64,000 nt of DNA from Felis catus (taxonomy: Eukaryota). The stretch spans positions 4,650,001-4,714,000 of the forward strand of contig NC_058369.1 in assembly GCF_018350175.1 (NCBI RefSeq). The letters are read 5' to 3'. Positions 13,419 through 26,487 of this stretch are shown one piece after another. The notes under the pieces were generated by a model, which did not search any database, was not told the DNA's origin, and saw only the letters and a list, made by a program, of their open reading frames with translations. Numbering within the stretch: the stretch's first letter is position 1; each line of letters opens with the position of its first letter. The position numbers and the translations under genes are program-made.

Positions 13419-13611
13419 TTGTCAGATAAAATACAGGACACCCAGTTACATTTGAATTTCAGATAAGGCAAACCATGAATAATTTTTAGCACAAGTGTGT
13501 CCTCAATATTGCGTGGGATGGACTGAAACTGCTGAAAAAGTATTCCTCGTGCATCTGAAATTCAAATTTAAATGGGCCTCCTGTATTTTTATTTGCTCAA
13601 TCTGACAACCC
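13419..13611. mobile_element. MER53-type palindromic hAT MITE
   Basis: TTGTCAGATAAAATACAGGACACCCAGTTACATTTGAATTTCAGAT ... ATCTGAAATTCAAATTTAAATGGGCCTCCTGTATTTTTATTTGCTCAATCTGACAA long inverted arms. Confidence 0.8.
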
Positions 13612-14014
13612 CATTTTGGAAGCTTTTCCTTCACCAGACCCCTCACCTTCTTCCTCCCTCCCATAAGAGAGTTTCACAAAATGTACCTCCACTTCTGAGA
13701 TCCAATAACCCTCAATGGTTATTCTGAGGCTCACCTTTTGCTTTTTCTCCTGGTATTCACCTGTAGGGGAATACTGACACTTTGGGAGACATATTGCCAA
13801 CTGGGATTTCTGCCAGATTTTAAGGTTCAGAGGATTTAGGCTTGCAAGTTTAGCCCTGAAATTCAACGTTTCTCTCCAACATCACAGCCAAGATCACTGT
13901 GGTCCAAGGGGAGAAACTCTGCCTGTTCCTTCTCTTTCAAAGGGAGGGAGGAGAACCCCCCCCCAAAGTCTAAGTTATGGATCAGATAATACCGATTATA
14001 CAAAAAAAAAAAAA

Positions 14015-14437
14015 AGTATGTTGAAGTTGCAACTCCCCAGGACCTTGGAATGTGACCTTATTTGGAGACGAGGTCGTTACAGAGGTGATGAGGTTAAGAC
14101 GAAGTCATCAGGACGGGCCATAATCCATATGGCATCCTTAGAAAAAGAGGAAATTTGGACAGAAACCCACAGAAAGGGAGGAGACCATGAAAGGACACAG
14201 GGAGCATGCCATGTGGGGACAGGATGGGTCTACAAGCCAAGCAAGACCATCGATGGCCAAAAAAACCCACCAGAAGCTGGGGCAAGCAAGGAAGAATGCG
14301 CCCCTACAGGTTCCAGAGGGAGCACGGCCCTACTGACACTTTGATCCCAGACTTCCAGCCTCTAGAACTGTGAGACCATGCAGTTCTGTTGTGTAAACCC
14401 CCTGGTCTGTGGTGCTCTGGCAGCTCCAGGAAACTCA
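14015..14437 (+). mobile_element. MLT1 (MaLR) LTR
   Basis: GAATGTGACCTTATTTGGA...CAGACTTCCAGCCTCTAGAACTGTGAGA...GGCAGCTCCAGGAAACTCAT. Confidence 0.75.
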
Positions 14438-15056
14438 TGAAGATTTTGGGTTTCCATCTCGAAACTGACTTGGTGGGTTGAGATAGTGCTGCCCGGAGTG
14501 CAGAGCAGGACAAAATGTTCCTGGTAGGGTGGCCAACCCAGCCTCAACTGATCGGGGCTTTCCCACTTTTGACAGCGAAGATCCCCTGTGTTGAGAAAAG
14601 CCCCAGGAAAGCGGGGCGGGTTGCTCGTCCTGGTGCCCCAAATGGTTTGCCTCAAAAAGGCTAAAATTAGAATTCCTCCACGATGCAGAGCAACTTCACT
14701 CCTACTTATCCAAAAGAACTGAAAGCAAGGTCTCAAAGACATTTGCACACCCATGTTCACAGCAACATGATTCACAATAACCCAAAAGATGCAGCAGTCC
14801 CAGTGTCCATCAACAGATGAATAAACGAAATGTGGTGGGGATGGTTACACAATGATGTCAGTGTACTTAATGCCATAGACTGTACACTTAAAAACGGATA
14901 AAATGAGGGGCACCTGGGTGGCTCAGCCGGTTAAGCATCCGACTTCCGCTCAGGTCATGGTCTCACTGCTCGTGAGTTCAAGCCCCAGGTTGGGCTTTAT
15001 GCTGACAGCTCACAGCTCGGAGCCTAGAGCTTGCTTCAGATTCTGTATCTGTCTCT

Positions 15057-15199
15057 NNNNNNNNNNNNNNNNNNNNNNNNNNNNNNNNNNNNNNNNNNNN
15101 NNNNNNNNNNNNNNNNNNNNNNNNNNNNNNNNNNNNNNNNNNNNNNNNNNNNNNNNNNNNNNNNNNNNNNNNNNNNNNNNNNNNNNNNNNNNNNNNNNN
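15057..15199. other. Assembly gap (N run)
   Basis: Ns. Confidence 1.
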
Positions 15200-16235
15200 C
15201 TTCAAGCTGTGTTACAAAGCTATGATCATCAAGACAGTATGGTACTTGCACAAGAACAGACACTCAGATCAGCAGAACGGAATAGAGAACCCAGAAATGG
15301 ACCCACAAACGTATGGGCAACTAATCTTTGACAGAGCAGGAAAGAATATCCAATGGAATAAAGACAGTGTCTTCAGCAAGTGGTCCTGGGAAAACTGGAC
15401 AGCGTCATGCAGAAGAATGAACCTGGACCACTTTCTTACACCACACACAAAAATAAACTCAAAATGGATGAAAGACCTAAGCGTAAGACAGGAAGCCATC
15501 AAAATCCTCAAGGAGAAAGCAGGCAAAAATCTCTTTGACTTTGGCCACGGCAACTTCTTACTCAACATGTCTCCAGAGGCAAGGGAAACCAAAGCAAAAA
15601 TGAGCTACTATTATAAAAAGCTTCTGCACAGCGAAGGAAACAATTGGCAAAACTAAAAGGCAACTGGTGGAATGGGAGAAGATATTTGCAAACAACATAT
15701 GAGATCAAGGGTTAGTATCCAAAATCTATAAATAACTTATCAAACTCAACACCCAAAAAACAACCAATCCAGTGAAGAAATGGCCAAGAGACATGAATAG
15801 ACACTTTTCCAAAGATATCCAGATGACTGACAGACACATGAAAAAATGCTCAACATCACTCATCATCAGGGAAACACAAATCAAAACCACCATGAGATAC
15901 CACCTCACACCTGTCAGAATGGCTAACAGTAACAACTCAGGCAACAACAGATGTTGATGAGGATAAGGAGAAAGAGGATCTCTTTTGCATTGTTGGTGGG
16001 AATGCAAGCTGGTGCAGCCACTCTGGAAAACAGTATGGAGGTTCCTCAAAAAACTGAAAATAGAACTACCCTGTGACCCAGCAATTGCACTACCAGGCAT
16101 TTATCCACGGGATACAGGTGGGCTGTTTCAAAGGGGCACGTGCACCTTAGTGTTTATAGGAGCACTATCAACAATAGCCAAAGTATGGAAAGAGCCCCAA
16201 TGTCCATCGATGGATGGATGGATAAAGAAGATGTG

Positions 16236-16269
<34 letters not shown>

Positions 16270-16655
16270 TGGAGTATTACTCAGCAATCAATGGCATAGT
16301 TGCTATTTGCAACTATGTGGATGGAACTAGAGGGTATTATGCTAAGCAAAATTAGTCAGAGAAAGACAAATATCATAGGACTTCACTCATGAGGACTTTA
16401 AGATACAAAACAGATGAACATAGGGAAAGGGAAGCAAAAATAATATAAAAACAGGGAGGAGGACAAAACATAAGAGACTCTTAAATATGGAGAACAAACA
16501 GAGGGTTGCTGGAGGGGTTGTGGGAGGGGGGATGGGCTAAATGGGTAAGGAGCATTAAGGAATCTACTCCTGAAATCACTTGCACTGTATGCTAACTAAC
16601 TTGGATGTAAATTAAAAAATAAATTAAATAAATAAATAAACAAATAAATAAAATA
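15200..16655 (+). mobile_element. Carnivore/felid L1 3' portion (ORF2 C-terminus, 3'UTR, A-tail); 5' end lost in gap
   Basis: Frameshifted ORF2 pieces (IKTVWYLHKNRHSDQQNGIENPEM...; [28 protein letters not shown]); internal (TG)n at 16238-16268. Confidence 0.9.
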
Positions 16656-19527
16656 CTATGGAAGAGTAACAATGTCATAAACAAAATCAAAACTACTCTA
16701 ATGAAAAAATAAGATTAAAAAATTTTTTTACATTTATTTATTTTTGAGAGACAGAGTGAGACAGAGCACAAGAGGGGGAGGGGCAGAGAGAGAAGGAGAC
16801 ACAGAATCTGAAGCAGGTTCCAGGTTCTGAGCAAGTGTTCAGCACAGAGCCCAATGCACGGCTCGAACCCACAAACCATGAGATCATGACCTGAGCCGAA
16901 GTCGGTCACTTAACCAACTGAGCCACCCAGGTGCCCCCCAAAAATAAGATTTAAAACAGTGTAATTCTATTTATTTTTTGAAATTTTAACAATGGCTATT
17001 TTAGGTGATTGAATAAAGTTCTTTGTTCTCTGCTTAAAAAAATAATAATAAAATTTTAAAAAGAAGAAGTGATAAACTGTGTCAAAAGCTGCTACTAGGA
17101 CAAACAACACAAGGAAATGATGATTGACCATTGAATTTGTTGTAACTTTAGGTCATTGATTTCTTATTTTTAAAAATTTCTTCTTTTTTAAATGTTCTTA
17201 ATACTTACTTTTGAGAGAAAGAGAGACAGAGACAAAGTGCGAGCAGGAGAGGGGCAGAGAGAGAGGGAGACACAGAATCCAAAGCAGACTCCAGGCTCTG
17301 AGCTGTCAGCACAGAGCCTGACATGGGCTCGAACTCATGAACCATGAGATCATGACCTGAGCCGAAGTCGGATGCTTAACCGACTGAGCCACTAAGTCAC
17401 CCCAATCTTTCTTCTTTTTTAATATAGGCATATACAGCTATAAATCTTTCTCTAAGCCCTGCTTTAGTTGCACCCCAATACGTTTTGATGTTATGTCTTC
17501 ATTTCCATTCATCTCAAAGCATTGTCTATTTTCCCTTGTGTGACCTTTGAATTTAGCTATTGAAACTGGTCTTTGAATGTGGCCATCTAGAAGCCACTAA
17601 TGACTTTGACTGACAGCTGGTGTCTCAGGGGAGTCATGAGGGGGAAGCCCAATTAGAGTGGGCTCAAGAGACAATGAAAAGAGGAGTAGAAACCAAGAGG
17701 AGATCCAACTCTTAAAAGTTGTTTGTTTTTTTTTTTCTGTAAAGGAGAATGAATAAATGGGTAATAACTGGAGGACAATGTGGGATCATGCATCTACCTT
17801 TTTTAAAGATGGGAGCTATTAGTACATGTTTATAAGCTAATGGGAATAATCAAGAAAAGAAGCAACATCTGATGTAGTAAAAGGAAGTAGACACTTAAGA
17901 AGAGTGATGACCTTGGGTGGAATGGAATCCAGTATGTAGGTAGGGAGAGTTGGCCTTGGCTGGGAGCCTGGGAGTCATGATAACAAGAGAGAAGGCAATG
18001 TTGGCAGCCTATGTGCTGTGGAAGTCCCCTTCTGTGGCTTTGTTTTTGCAGAAGATAGGAGGCAAGGTCAAGAACTGAGGTTCAGGAGGAAGGGGAAGAC
18101 TTGAGGGGAGAAGGAAAGGTGAGATGTTACCATACGAGAGAGTGGATAAGTGAATGGACCAGGACACATAGGACTGCTGGGCAGGAAATTGGTGGTCAAA
18201 AATCTCAAGGGAGACCAGTTGGCATGGCTGTGTATGAGGCTTCCCAGGTGCAGGTGAGGAGTATACGCAGGGCTGGCTTTAATCAGGCCAAGTCTGACCA
18301 CGTAAATGTGATGAAGGAAGAGGCAGACGAGGGAGTTGAGGCCATATGTCAAGGAGCGATTGTAACGGAAGACCATGGCTCTAAACCGAGTGAGGGGACA
18401 GGGGAAAGGGAGGAAAGGGTCCATGGATTATAGGTTCTGGCATAGTTAAAGGATTGTTTGGATAGGAATACCAAATGCAGTGAGCTATCATTGGACCAAT
18501 GATTGGGGAATGAAAGAATCCAGTCACCAAAGACTATATACTATGTGATTCCACATATATGAAATTCTAGTTAAGGGAAATCTAACCTAGAGTGATGGAA
18601 AGTTGGACCAATGATTGGGGATAAGATGGAAGGGGTGGGGTTGATTACAAAGGGACCCAGGGGATCTTTTGGAGGTCATGGAAATGTTCTCTCTGTTGAC
18701 TGGAGTAGTCATTACACGGCTTTGTCAAAACTCATCAAGCTGTACACTTAAAATGGGTATATTTTATTATACAAATATACTTCAATAGAGTTGACTTTAA
18801 AACAAGATGGACAGGGAAGGAGAGGGGAGAAAGACAGAAGTGTACAGGGCTGTGGTCTTTGGATTATGGAGTCCACATTATCTAATAACCTCCTTGTTTT
18901 CCCCCTTCGATATTACATCAAGGGGATAAAAATGGTGGTCTCTTGGACAGTCCAGGCTATACTGAGTGAGAAGGGGCATGAAGGAACTTTCTAGATCTTG
19001 AACATGGTAATGGTGACACAGGTGTAGACCATGTGAAAAACAATCCATTGACCTATACAGTTAAGATGTATGCACTTTACTGAGTGTATGTTAAACTCCA
19101 GTAATTTTTTAAAGTTACACCATGGAAGTCTTTTCATGTCAACAAAATGAATGCACAATATCATTTTTATGACTGACACCCCATTTAAATGACCCCCCTC
19201 TCCACTAAACCGGCTCCCCGAAGCATCTGACGCTTCTGAAACTGATGGCAGATCTCAACAGCCTATGCCCCTGCCAGACTTGCCCTACTTGATCCATTAT
19301 CTTCCTTGCACCTGTGGCTGCCTCCCCACACGCGGGTCCTCTCCTACTTCTCTGACTGGCCGGCCCTCCTTCCTCTTCTCTCACTTCAATCCATTCTTGG
19401 GACAGGGTGGGGGAGGGAAGATCTCACCTGCTCCATATTCCCTGGGTGCCAGAATTACAGAATCATCAGCTTCCTGGAAATCTCCAATTGGATATTTATG
19501 GGCTGCACAAACTTACCAGGTCGTAAC

Positions 19528-19718
19528 CCAATGGCTCTCAAGTGGGGACACTGAGTAATGTCTAGAGACATTCTTGGCTGACATATCGGGGAACACTACT
19601 GGCGTCTAGGGAATAGAGGCTAGGGATGCTACTGAGCTACTATGCTACAATGCACAGGATGACCCCATACCACACAGAACCTAAATGTCAAGAGTGCTAT
19701 AGTGGAGAAATCCTGCCC
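19528..19718. mobile_element. MER20 hAT element
   Basis: CAATGGCTCTCAAG...CTACTGGCGTCTAG...GAGGCTAGGGATGCT...AATGTCAAGAGTGCT...GAGAAATCCTG; related copies at ~25890-26100 and ~32000-32210. Confidence 0.7.
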
Positions 19719-22700
19719 TAAACTAGCTTATTATCTTCCCCCCAAACCTATGTCTCCATCTCTGTAAAAGGCACATTCATGCACCCAATGGCTCTAGCCA
19801 GAAACATGTGAACCTTATTTACCCATAAAAATGAATTCAGTCATTCATATTCAATCCATTCCTGAATTAGTTAGGTAATAACTAGCTGCTGTAATGAACA
19901 AACCTTAGAATGTCTAATGACTGAAATATGATGCAACCTTGTTGCTCACTCATCCAAATCCAAAAGGAGTGTTCCTAATTGACAGGTGGCTCCCTTCCCA
20001 GGCTTCTTCTATGGTTCCACCCTCTTTATCAGGCCACTTCATTTCTTTGCAAGAGCCTGTGGGAGGAGATTAAGAGTGGAGAAGTCACAGTTGCTTCCAA
20101 GGCGCCCTGGCATAGAAGTGTCACACATCGTTTCCTTGCAGGGTCCATTAATGAAAACTCATCAAATGGCTCGTCAGATGCAAGGAATGCTGGGAGATGT
20201 AGTCTCAGGGTGGAAGGATATGGTGACCACCCTCCAAGATGGCCTTCAACGATGCTCACCTCTTGGTATTATCCCCTTGCAGAGTCCCCTGCCCTACATG
20301 GAATCATGTGTGACCATTAGAATACCTTGAAAGTGACAATGTGTGCCTGGCAAAGCTAGGTTGCATAAGACATTATAGCTTCCACTTTGCCCTCTTGGAT
20401 CATTTGCTCTAGGGGGAGGCCAGTCACCATATTGTAAGGACATTCAATTAATCAAAAAGTCCATGTGTAGCTACACATCCAATTTGTCCAGCATCCAACT
20501 TGTGAATGAGTCATGTGAGTGAGGAATCTTAGAAGGGGATCCTTCAACTCTGGTTAAGCCTTTGGATAGGACTACAGCTCTGGTTGACATTTTGAGGCCA
20601 CCATTATGAAAGACCCCAAGTGACAACACTTAGCCAAGTTGCCCCTAGATTCCTGACCCACAGAAATTATGTGAGATAATGTTTATTGTTATTGATAATG
20701 TTTTTTTAAGATCTTATTTTAAGTAATCTCTACACCCAATATGGGGCTCGAACTCACAACCCCAAGATCAAGAGTCTCATGCTCTACTGACAGAACCAAC
20801 CAGACGCCCCAAGTTATGGATAATGTTTAAAGCTATTGTTATTGTTTTCAGCTACTAAATTCTGGGTTAATTTGTTATGCAGCAATAGATAACTGTTACA
20901 AAGGAGAAGCATGACTTTTAGAAGACAATTTAGTCTGCAATCTGCAAGCTCTGTCTGTTCTACCTCCTCCTACAAACACTTCATAAGTCCGTCTCCTCCT
21001 CTAGATTCTACTCACACAAGCTGCCACATTTCTCTTCTGAATGGCTACACCTATCCCCTCACAGGTCTCCCTTTGTAGAAGACGTTCGTCATGTCTTTTC
21101 ATCTTATTGGTTTGTTTGCTTGTTTGTTTTGCTTTCCAACATCCAAGCATTTCTTTTGGGAGTGGGAACTTCGTGCTCATCCAGAGGTGGCTGTGACCTC
21201 CTCGGCCAATTGTCCCTAATGCTCAATCTCTGGATCCTTCTGTCTATTTTTTCCAAGTGGATATTCCAGACTGTCACCCATGCTGGCAAACCTCCAGTAA
21301 TCTACAAGATTCTCTTTGTGCTTAAGACAATTTCTGTTGCTTTCAACCAGCAATGCTGACTGGCACATCCGTCTGGACCATTGCCTCATACAATCCATTC
21401 TCCAGCCATTAGCCATTCCTTCATTGATTCAGTAAATGTGTGCTGAGTATCTACCATGTGCCAAATACTGTTCTGGGTGATGAAAGTATAGCAGTGAAAA
21501 AAAAAAAATAGAGAAAACCCCTTGCTCCAGAGGGAGCATTGTACCAGGGGAGACAGACAGTAAACAAAATAAGTAGTAAATGTATCACATGGGAGCATTT
21601 TCAAGCTTCTGTGTGCATATGGATCACCCGGGGATCTTGTGAAAATGCAAGTTCCTGTTCAGTAGGTTTGGGATGGACCCTAAGAGTCTGCATTTTATTT
21701 AAGGTTTGGTTTCTAAGTAATCCCTACACTTAACATGAGGTTCAAACTCGCAACCCCAAGACCAAGAATTGCATACTCTACCGACTGAGCCAGCCAGGCG
21801 CCCCTAGGAGTCTGCATTTTGAGCAAGATTCCAGATGATGCTGACACTGTTGGTCCATAAAGCATACTCTGGGTAGGGAGGTGCTATGCTCATAAGTTAC
21901 GCATCAAGAAAAAAAAAAAAAAGCCGGGGATGGGGGTGCCCGGGGTGGCTCAGTTGGTTAAGCCTCTGACTCTTGGTTTCCGCTCAGGTCGTGGTCTCAC
22001 TGTCGGGAGATTGATCCCTGCTTTGGGCTCCTGTGCTGACGGCACGGAGCCTGCTTAGGATTCTCTCTCTCTCTGCCCCTCCCTTGCTCATGCTCTCTCT
22101 CCCTCTCAAAATAAATAAATACACATTAAAAAAGAAAACCAAAATAAAAAATAAAATGATTCCTCCAGCCACTGAAGGGAACAGAATTTACAAGGGAGCA
22201 GGAGTGGGGGCTGGGATACATAGGAGGAGGTAATGTCTACAACTGTCTGGGTGAGAGGTGATGGCGGTTCCAACCAGGGGGGAGGTGCTGAGCTCTGGGC
22301 AGACGTGCAGGGTTGAGCCCGCTGGATTAGCCAACAGCTTCTGGGCCGTGAAGCCACAGAAATGAAGAACAGCTCCAAGCAGGGGCAGGTGGAAGGGGCA
22401 GTGCTTTGGGTGGGGGATAAGATCAGTAGTTCTTCTCAGACGTGTCATTTCGGTGTCTAATCAGACATCCAAGGGGAGATGAGAGGGAGGGAGGTCTGGA
22501 GCTTGGGAGAGATATCTGGGTGGGAGAGACGAACCTAGGAAGCATCAGATACGCAGGTATTTAAGGCCAAGAGCCCCAAGGGGCTTCCTGAGGGAGTGTG
22601 GATAAAGAAGGCGTCTCCAAGGCTGGAGTCTCTTTAAAAGATAAATCTGAGGGGCGCCCCAGTGGCTCAGTCCGGTTGAACGTCCGACTTCAGCTCAGGT

Positions 22701-22929
22701 CACGATCTCACGGGTTTGTGAGTCTGAGCTCCACGTCGGGCTCTGTGCCCACAGCTCGGAGCCTGGAGCCGGCTTCGGATTCTGTGTCTCCCCCTCTCTC
22801 TGCCCCTCTCCTGCTCACACTCTGTCTCTCTTTCAAAAACAAATAAACATTAAAAAAACATAAAAGACAAATCTGATAAGAGAAAAGTGTATTTCATTGC
22901 AGTGAAGATATCCATCAGCAAGGAACAGG

Positions 22930-23165
22930 TTAAATATATATATAATGAATATATTAAATATTATATATAATATATGCTAATTGTATAATCATTAATATAT
23001 TAATTATAGTTGTATCATATATAATTTTACATTTCTATTGTATAATATATGCTTATAAAATAATTAATCTAATAATTAAAATTAAATATAATTGATTTAT
23101 TAATTATATATGAATAATATATAGTAAATATATATACTCATATATATATATATATATATATTTAA
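22930..23165. repeat. AT-rich low-complexity / (TA)n tract
   Basis: Almost pure A/T; a similar tract lies at ~755-960. Confidence 0.85.
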
Positions 23166-23380
23166 ATTTTTTTATGCTTACTTTAAGAGAGAGAAAGAGA
23201 GAGCATACAAGCAGGGGAGGGGCAGAGAGAAGGAGAGACAGAATCCCAAGCAGGCACCACACCATCAGCCTGATGCGGGGCTCAAAGTCACCAACTGTGA
23301 AATCATGACCTGGGCTGAGATCAAGAGCTGGATGCTTAACCGACTGAGCCACCCTCATAGGAGCCAAGTGCCCCTATGCT

Positions 23381-23531
23381 NNNNNNNNNNNNNNNNNNNN
23401 NNNNNNNNNNNNNNNNNNNNNNNNNNNNNNNNNNNNNNNNNNNNNNNNNNNNNNNNNNNNNNNNNNNNNNNNNNNNNNNNNNNNNNNNNNNNNNNNNNNN
23501 NNNNNNNNNNNNNNNNNNNNNNNNNNNNNNN
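23381..23531. other. Assembly gap (N run)
   Basis: Ns. Confidence 1.
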
Positions 23532-23564
23532 GGTGGTGGCCCTCCTTCAAGACTGACTGACATG

Positions 23565-23952
23565 CACAATGTGGATGGAACTGGAGGGTATTATGCTGAA
23601 TGAATTAAATCAGTCAGAGAAACACAGATATGATATGTTTTCACTCCTATGTGGATCTTGAGAAACTTAACAGACGACCATGGGGGAGGGGAGGGGGAAA
23701 AATAGTTACAAACAGAGAGGGAGGGAGGTAAACCATAAGAGACTCTTAAATACAGAGAACCGAGGGTTGATGGGGGGGGTGGGGGGAGGGGAAAGTGGGT
23801 GATGGGCATTGAGGAGGGCACCTGTTGGGATGAGCACTGGGTGTTGTAGGGAAGCGATGAACCACGGGAATCTACCCCCAAGAACCAAGAGCACACTTTA
23901 CACACGGTATGTTAGCCAATTTGACAATTAATTATATGGAAAAAAAAAAAAA
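23565..23952 (+). mobile_element. Short 5'-truncated L1 3' end with TSD
   Basis: L1 3'UTR plus poly-A flanked by GACTGACATGC on both sides. Confidence 0.85.
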
Positions 23953-26264
23953 GACTGACATGCGTCTTTTGCCTGTTTTTTTCCTCTCAACCTCCATCCA
24001 GCTTCTTGGAATGGAAATGTGCCAGCTGAAGCCCCAATTTCGATTTCGAAACAGGGAAAGCCCCGCCCTAGAAATGGCTGAGGAGAAGGCTTCTGGAGAC
24101 GCCATGGTACAGAGCCACCCTGCCCACCCCGAGTGCCAACCTCCAGACTATCACTTGGATGGAAAGACATTTCTATCTTGTCTAAGTCACTGGCACTCAC
24201 AGTCATGCCTAACTAATAAACCCTGGATCAGAGGAGGCAATGTTGATAATTGTTGTAACTTAACATTTTATATGATTTAAAAAAAAAAACAAACAAAAAA
24301 AATTTTTTATATGATTTAATCCGCCCCTCTTTCTGGACACTCATTTCCAATTCTTTGCTAATGTAAGTGTGCTAGACTTGTCTCCAAAGACGGCCACCAT
24401 CAATTCTTTCCATCCCGTGCGTCCCTGCCACGTCCCACACCAAGAGTCATTTCCCCTTTCCTTCTCCTTGCATCTTGGTTTGGCCATGTGACTTCCTCTG
24501 ACTGACAGACGGTGGCAAAGGAGCTGCCATGTGACGTGTGGGCCAAGCTTTTAAGAAGACAGGTAGCTTCAGGGGCGCCTGGGAGGCTCAGGTGGTTAAG
24601 CATCTGACTCTGGATCTCAGCTCAGGTCATGATCTCGGGTTAATGAAACTGAGCCACGCGTCAGGCTCTGTGCTGACAATGTGGAGCCTGCTTGAGATTC
24701 TCTGTCTCCCTCTCCCTCTCCCTGCCCTTCCCCCAACCCTCTCCAAAATAAATAAATAAATAAACTTTTTTTTTTTTTTTTTTTTTAAAGAAGAAGACAG
24801 GTAAATTCTGCTTTCTCTCTCGGGAGCCAGTTGTCAGGTGAGACCTAAAGACCACCATACTGTGAGGAAGCCCAAGCAGCCACATGGAGAGAAAGAGATG
24901 CCTCCCTGGCAGGGGTGAGGCTCCAGATGTGTGTCTGCAGGATGTTCACGGTGGATATTCCAGCCCCAGCAAACCCTGGGGCTCTGATTGTACAGGACAA
25001 TCAGAGGAGCCCAATCCAGATTCCCAAATTGTGAGAATAAGCCACGGCTGTTTGAAAGCCCTAGGTGTATGGGATGATTTGTCACGCAGCACTAGCTAAC
25101 TGAAACAACAGTCAGAACAGTTATAAACAGTTCGGCCATAAACAACCCTGGGCCAAATCTTGGTGCTCACCTTTGGTCATTTCCTACAAATGAGTAACTG
25201 GAAGTGGACTATGGGAGTCGGAAATGGGGTATCAACTTGCTTTTCAGAGAAGTGTAGCAATGTCTGTGTGTGAGCTGTTTATGGGGGTATCCATCTACCC
25301 GCGGCCTCTTCAGCCCTGGGTTTTCCATTTCTTTTCTTAATTTTCAATTTCTATCCATTTCAATAGGCCTGTTTTGCATACATCAAAGAACAGATAACAG
25401 TATTTAGAGCTTCTCTTTGACCACAGAGTAATAACCTAAAACCAGTGGGACGGACTGATTTTATAGCCAAGCGTCAAAACATTCCTCCCTCTCTCCATCC
25501 CTCACTCCCTTACCACCTACTTATATGGACTCATTCACTGAGAACATATTTCACAAGTCAGGAGGAATAAGTCACACAGTAACTGAGTGCCTACGATGTG
25601 CCAGAAACTGTTCAAAAGTTGTTGTTTTTGTTTTTTGTTTTGTTTTTTTTTTTTCATTTCAGCATTTCGGGTCACTCTCCACTTTAATTTAAATCAGTGA
25701 TTTTCAGGTGGCTCAGTCGGTTAAGCGTCCAACTCTTGGTTTCTGCTCAGGTCATGATCTCATGATTCGTGAGTTAGAGCCCCACATCGGCTCCGCGATC
25801 AGAGTGTGAACCCTGCTTGGGATTCTCTCTCTCCCTCTCTCTGCTCCTCCCCCTCTCTCAAAAGAAATAAAATTAAAAAAAAATTAAATCAGTGATTTTC
25901 CATGGCAAGCAATTCTTCCTTCCAGGAGGACACTTGGGCATGTCTCAGACATTTCGATTGTTATGATGGGGCAGTGCCACAGGCGTCTAGTGGGTCAATG
26001 CCACTGATGGGGCTCAACATCCCACAATACACAGGATGGCCTTTCCCAAACAAAGAATTATCCAACCTAGAATGTCACTAGTCCCAAGGCTGAGAAAGTC
26101 CAATGTAAATGAAACGGACTAGAACAGGAAAAATTAGAAAATACCAGAAGGTGATTGCTCAAAATAAGAATAAATATCATTTCATGAAACTTTTGTATTT
26201 TTGTGGGCTCAGACACTATATAAGATGCATCTCTCCTTGTGAGTCCTGATAAAAAGGTGTCATA

Positions 26265-26487
26265 GGGGCGCCTGGGTGGCTTGGTCGGTTAAGCGTCCGA
26301 CTTCAGCTCAGGTCATGATCTCACGGTCCGTGAGTTCGAGCCCCGCGTCGGGCTCTGTGCTGACGGCTCGGAGCCTGGAGCCTGTTTCAGATTCTATGTC
26401 TCCCTCTCTCTCTGCCCCTCCCTGTTCATGCTCTGTCTCTCTCTGTCTCAAAAATAAATAAACGTTAAAAAAATTAAAAAAAAAAAA
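26265..26487 (+). mobile_element. CAN-SINE with TSD
   Basis: Flanked by AAAAAGGTGTCATA on both sides. Confidence 0.9.
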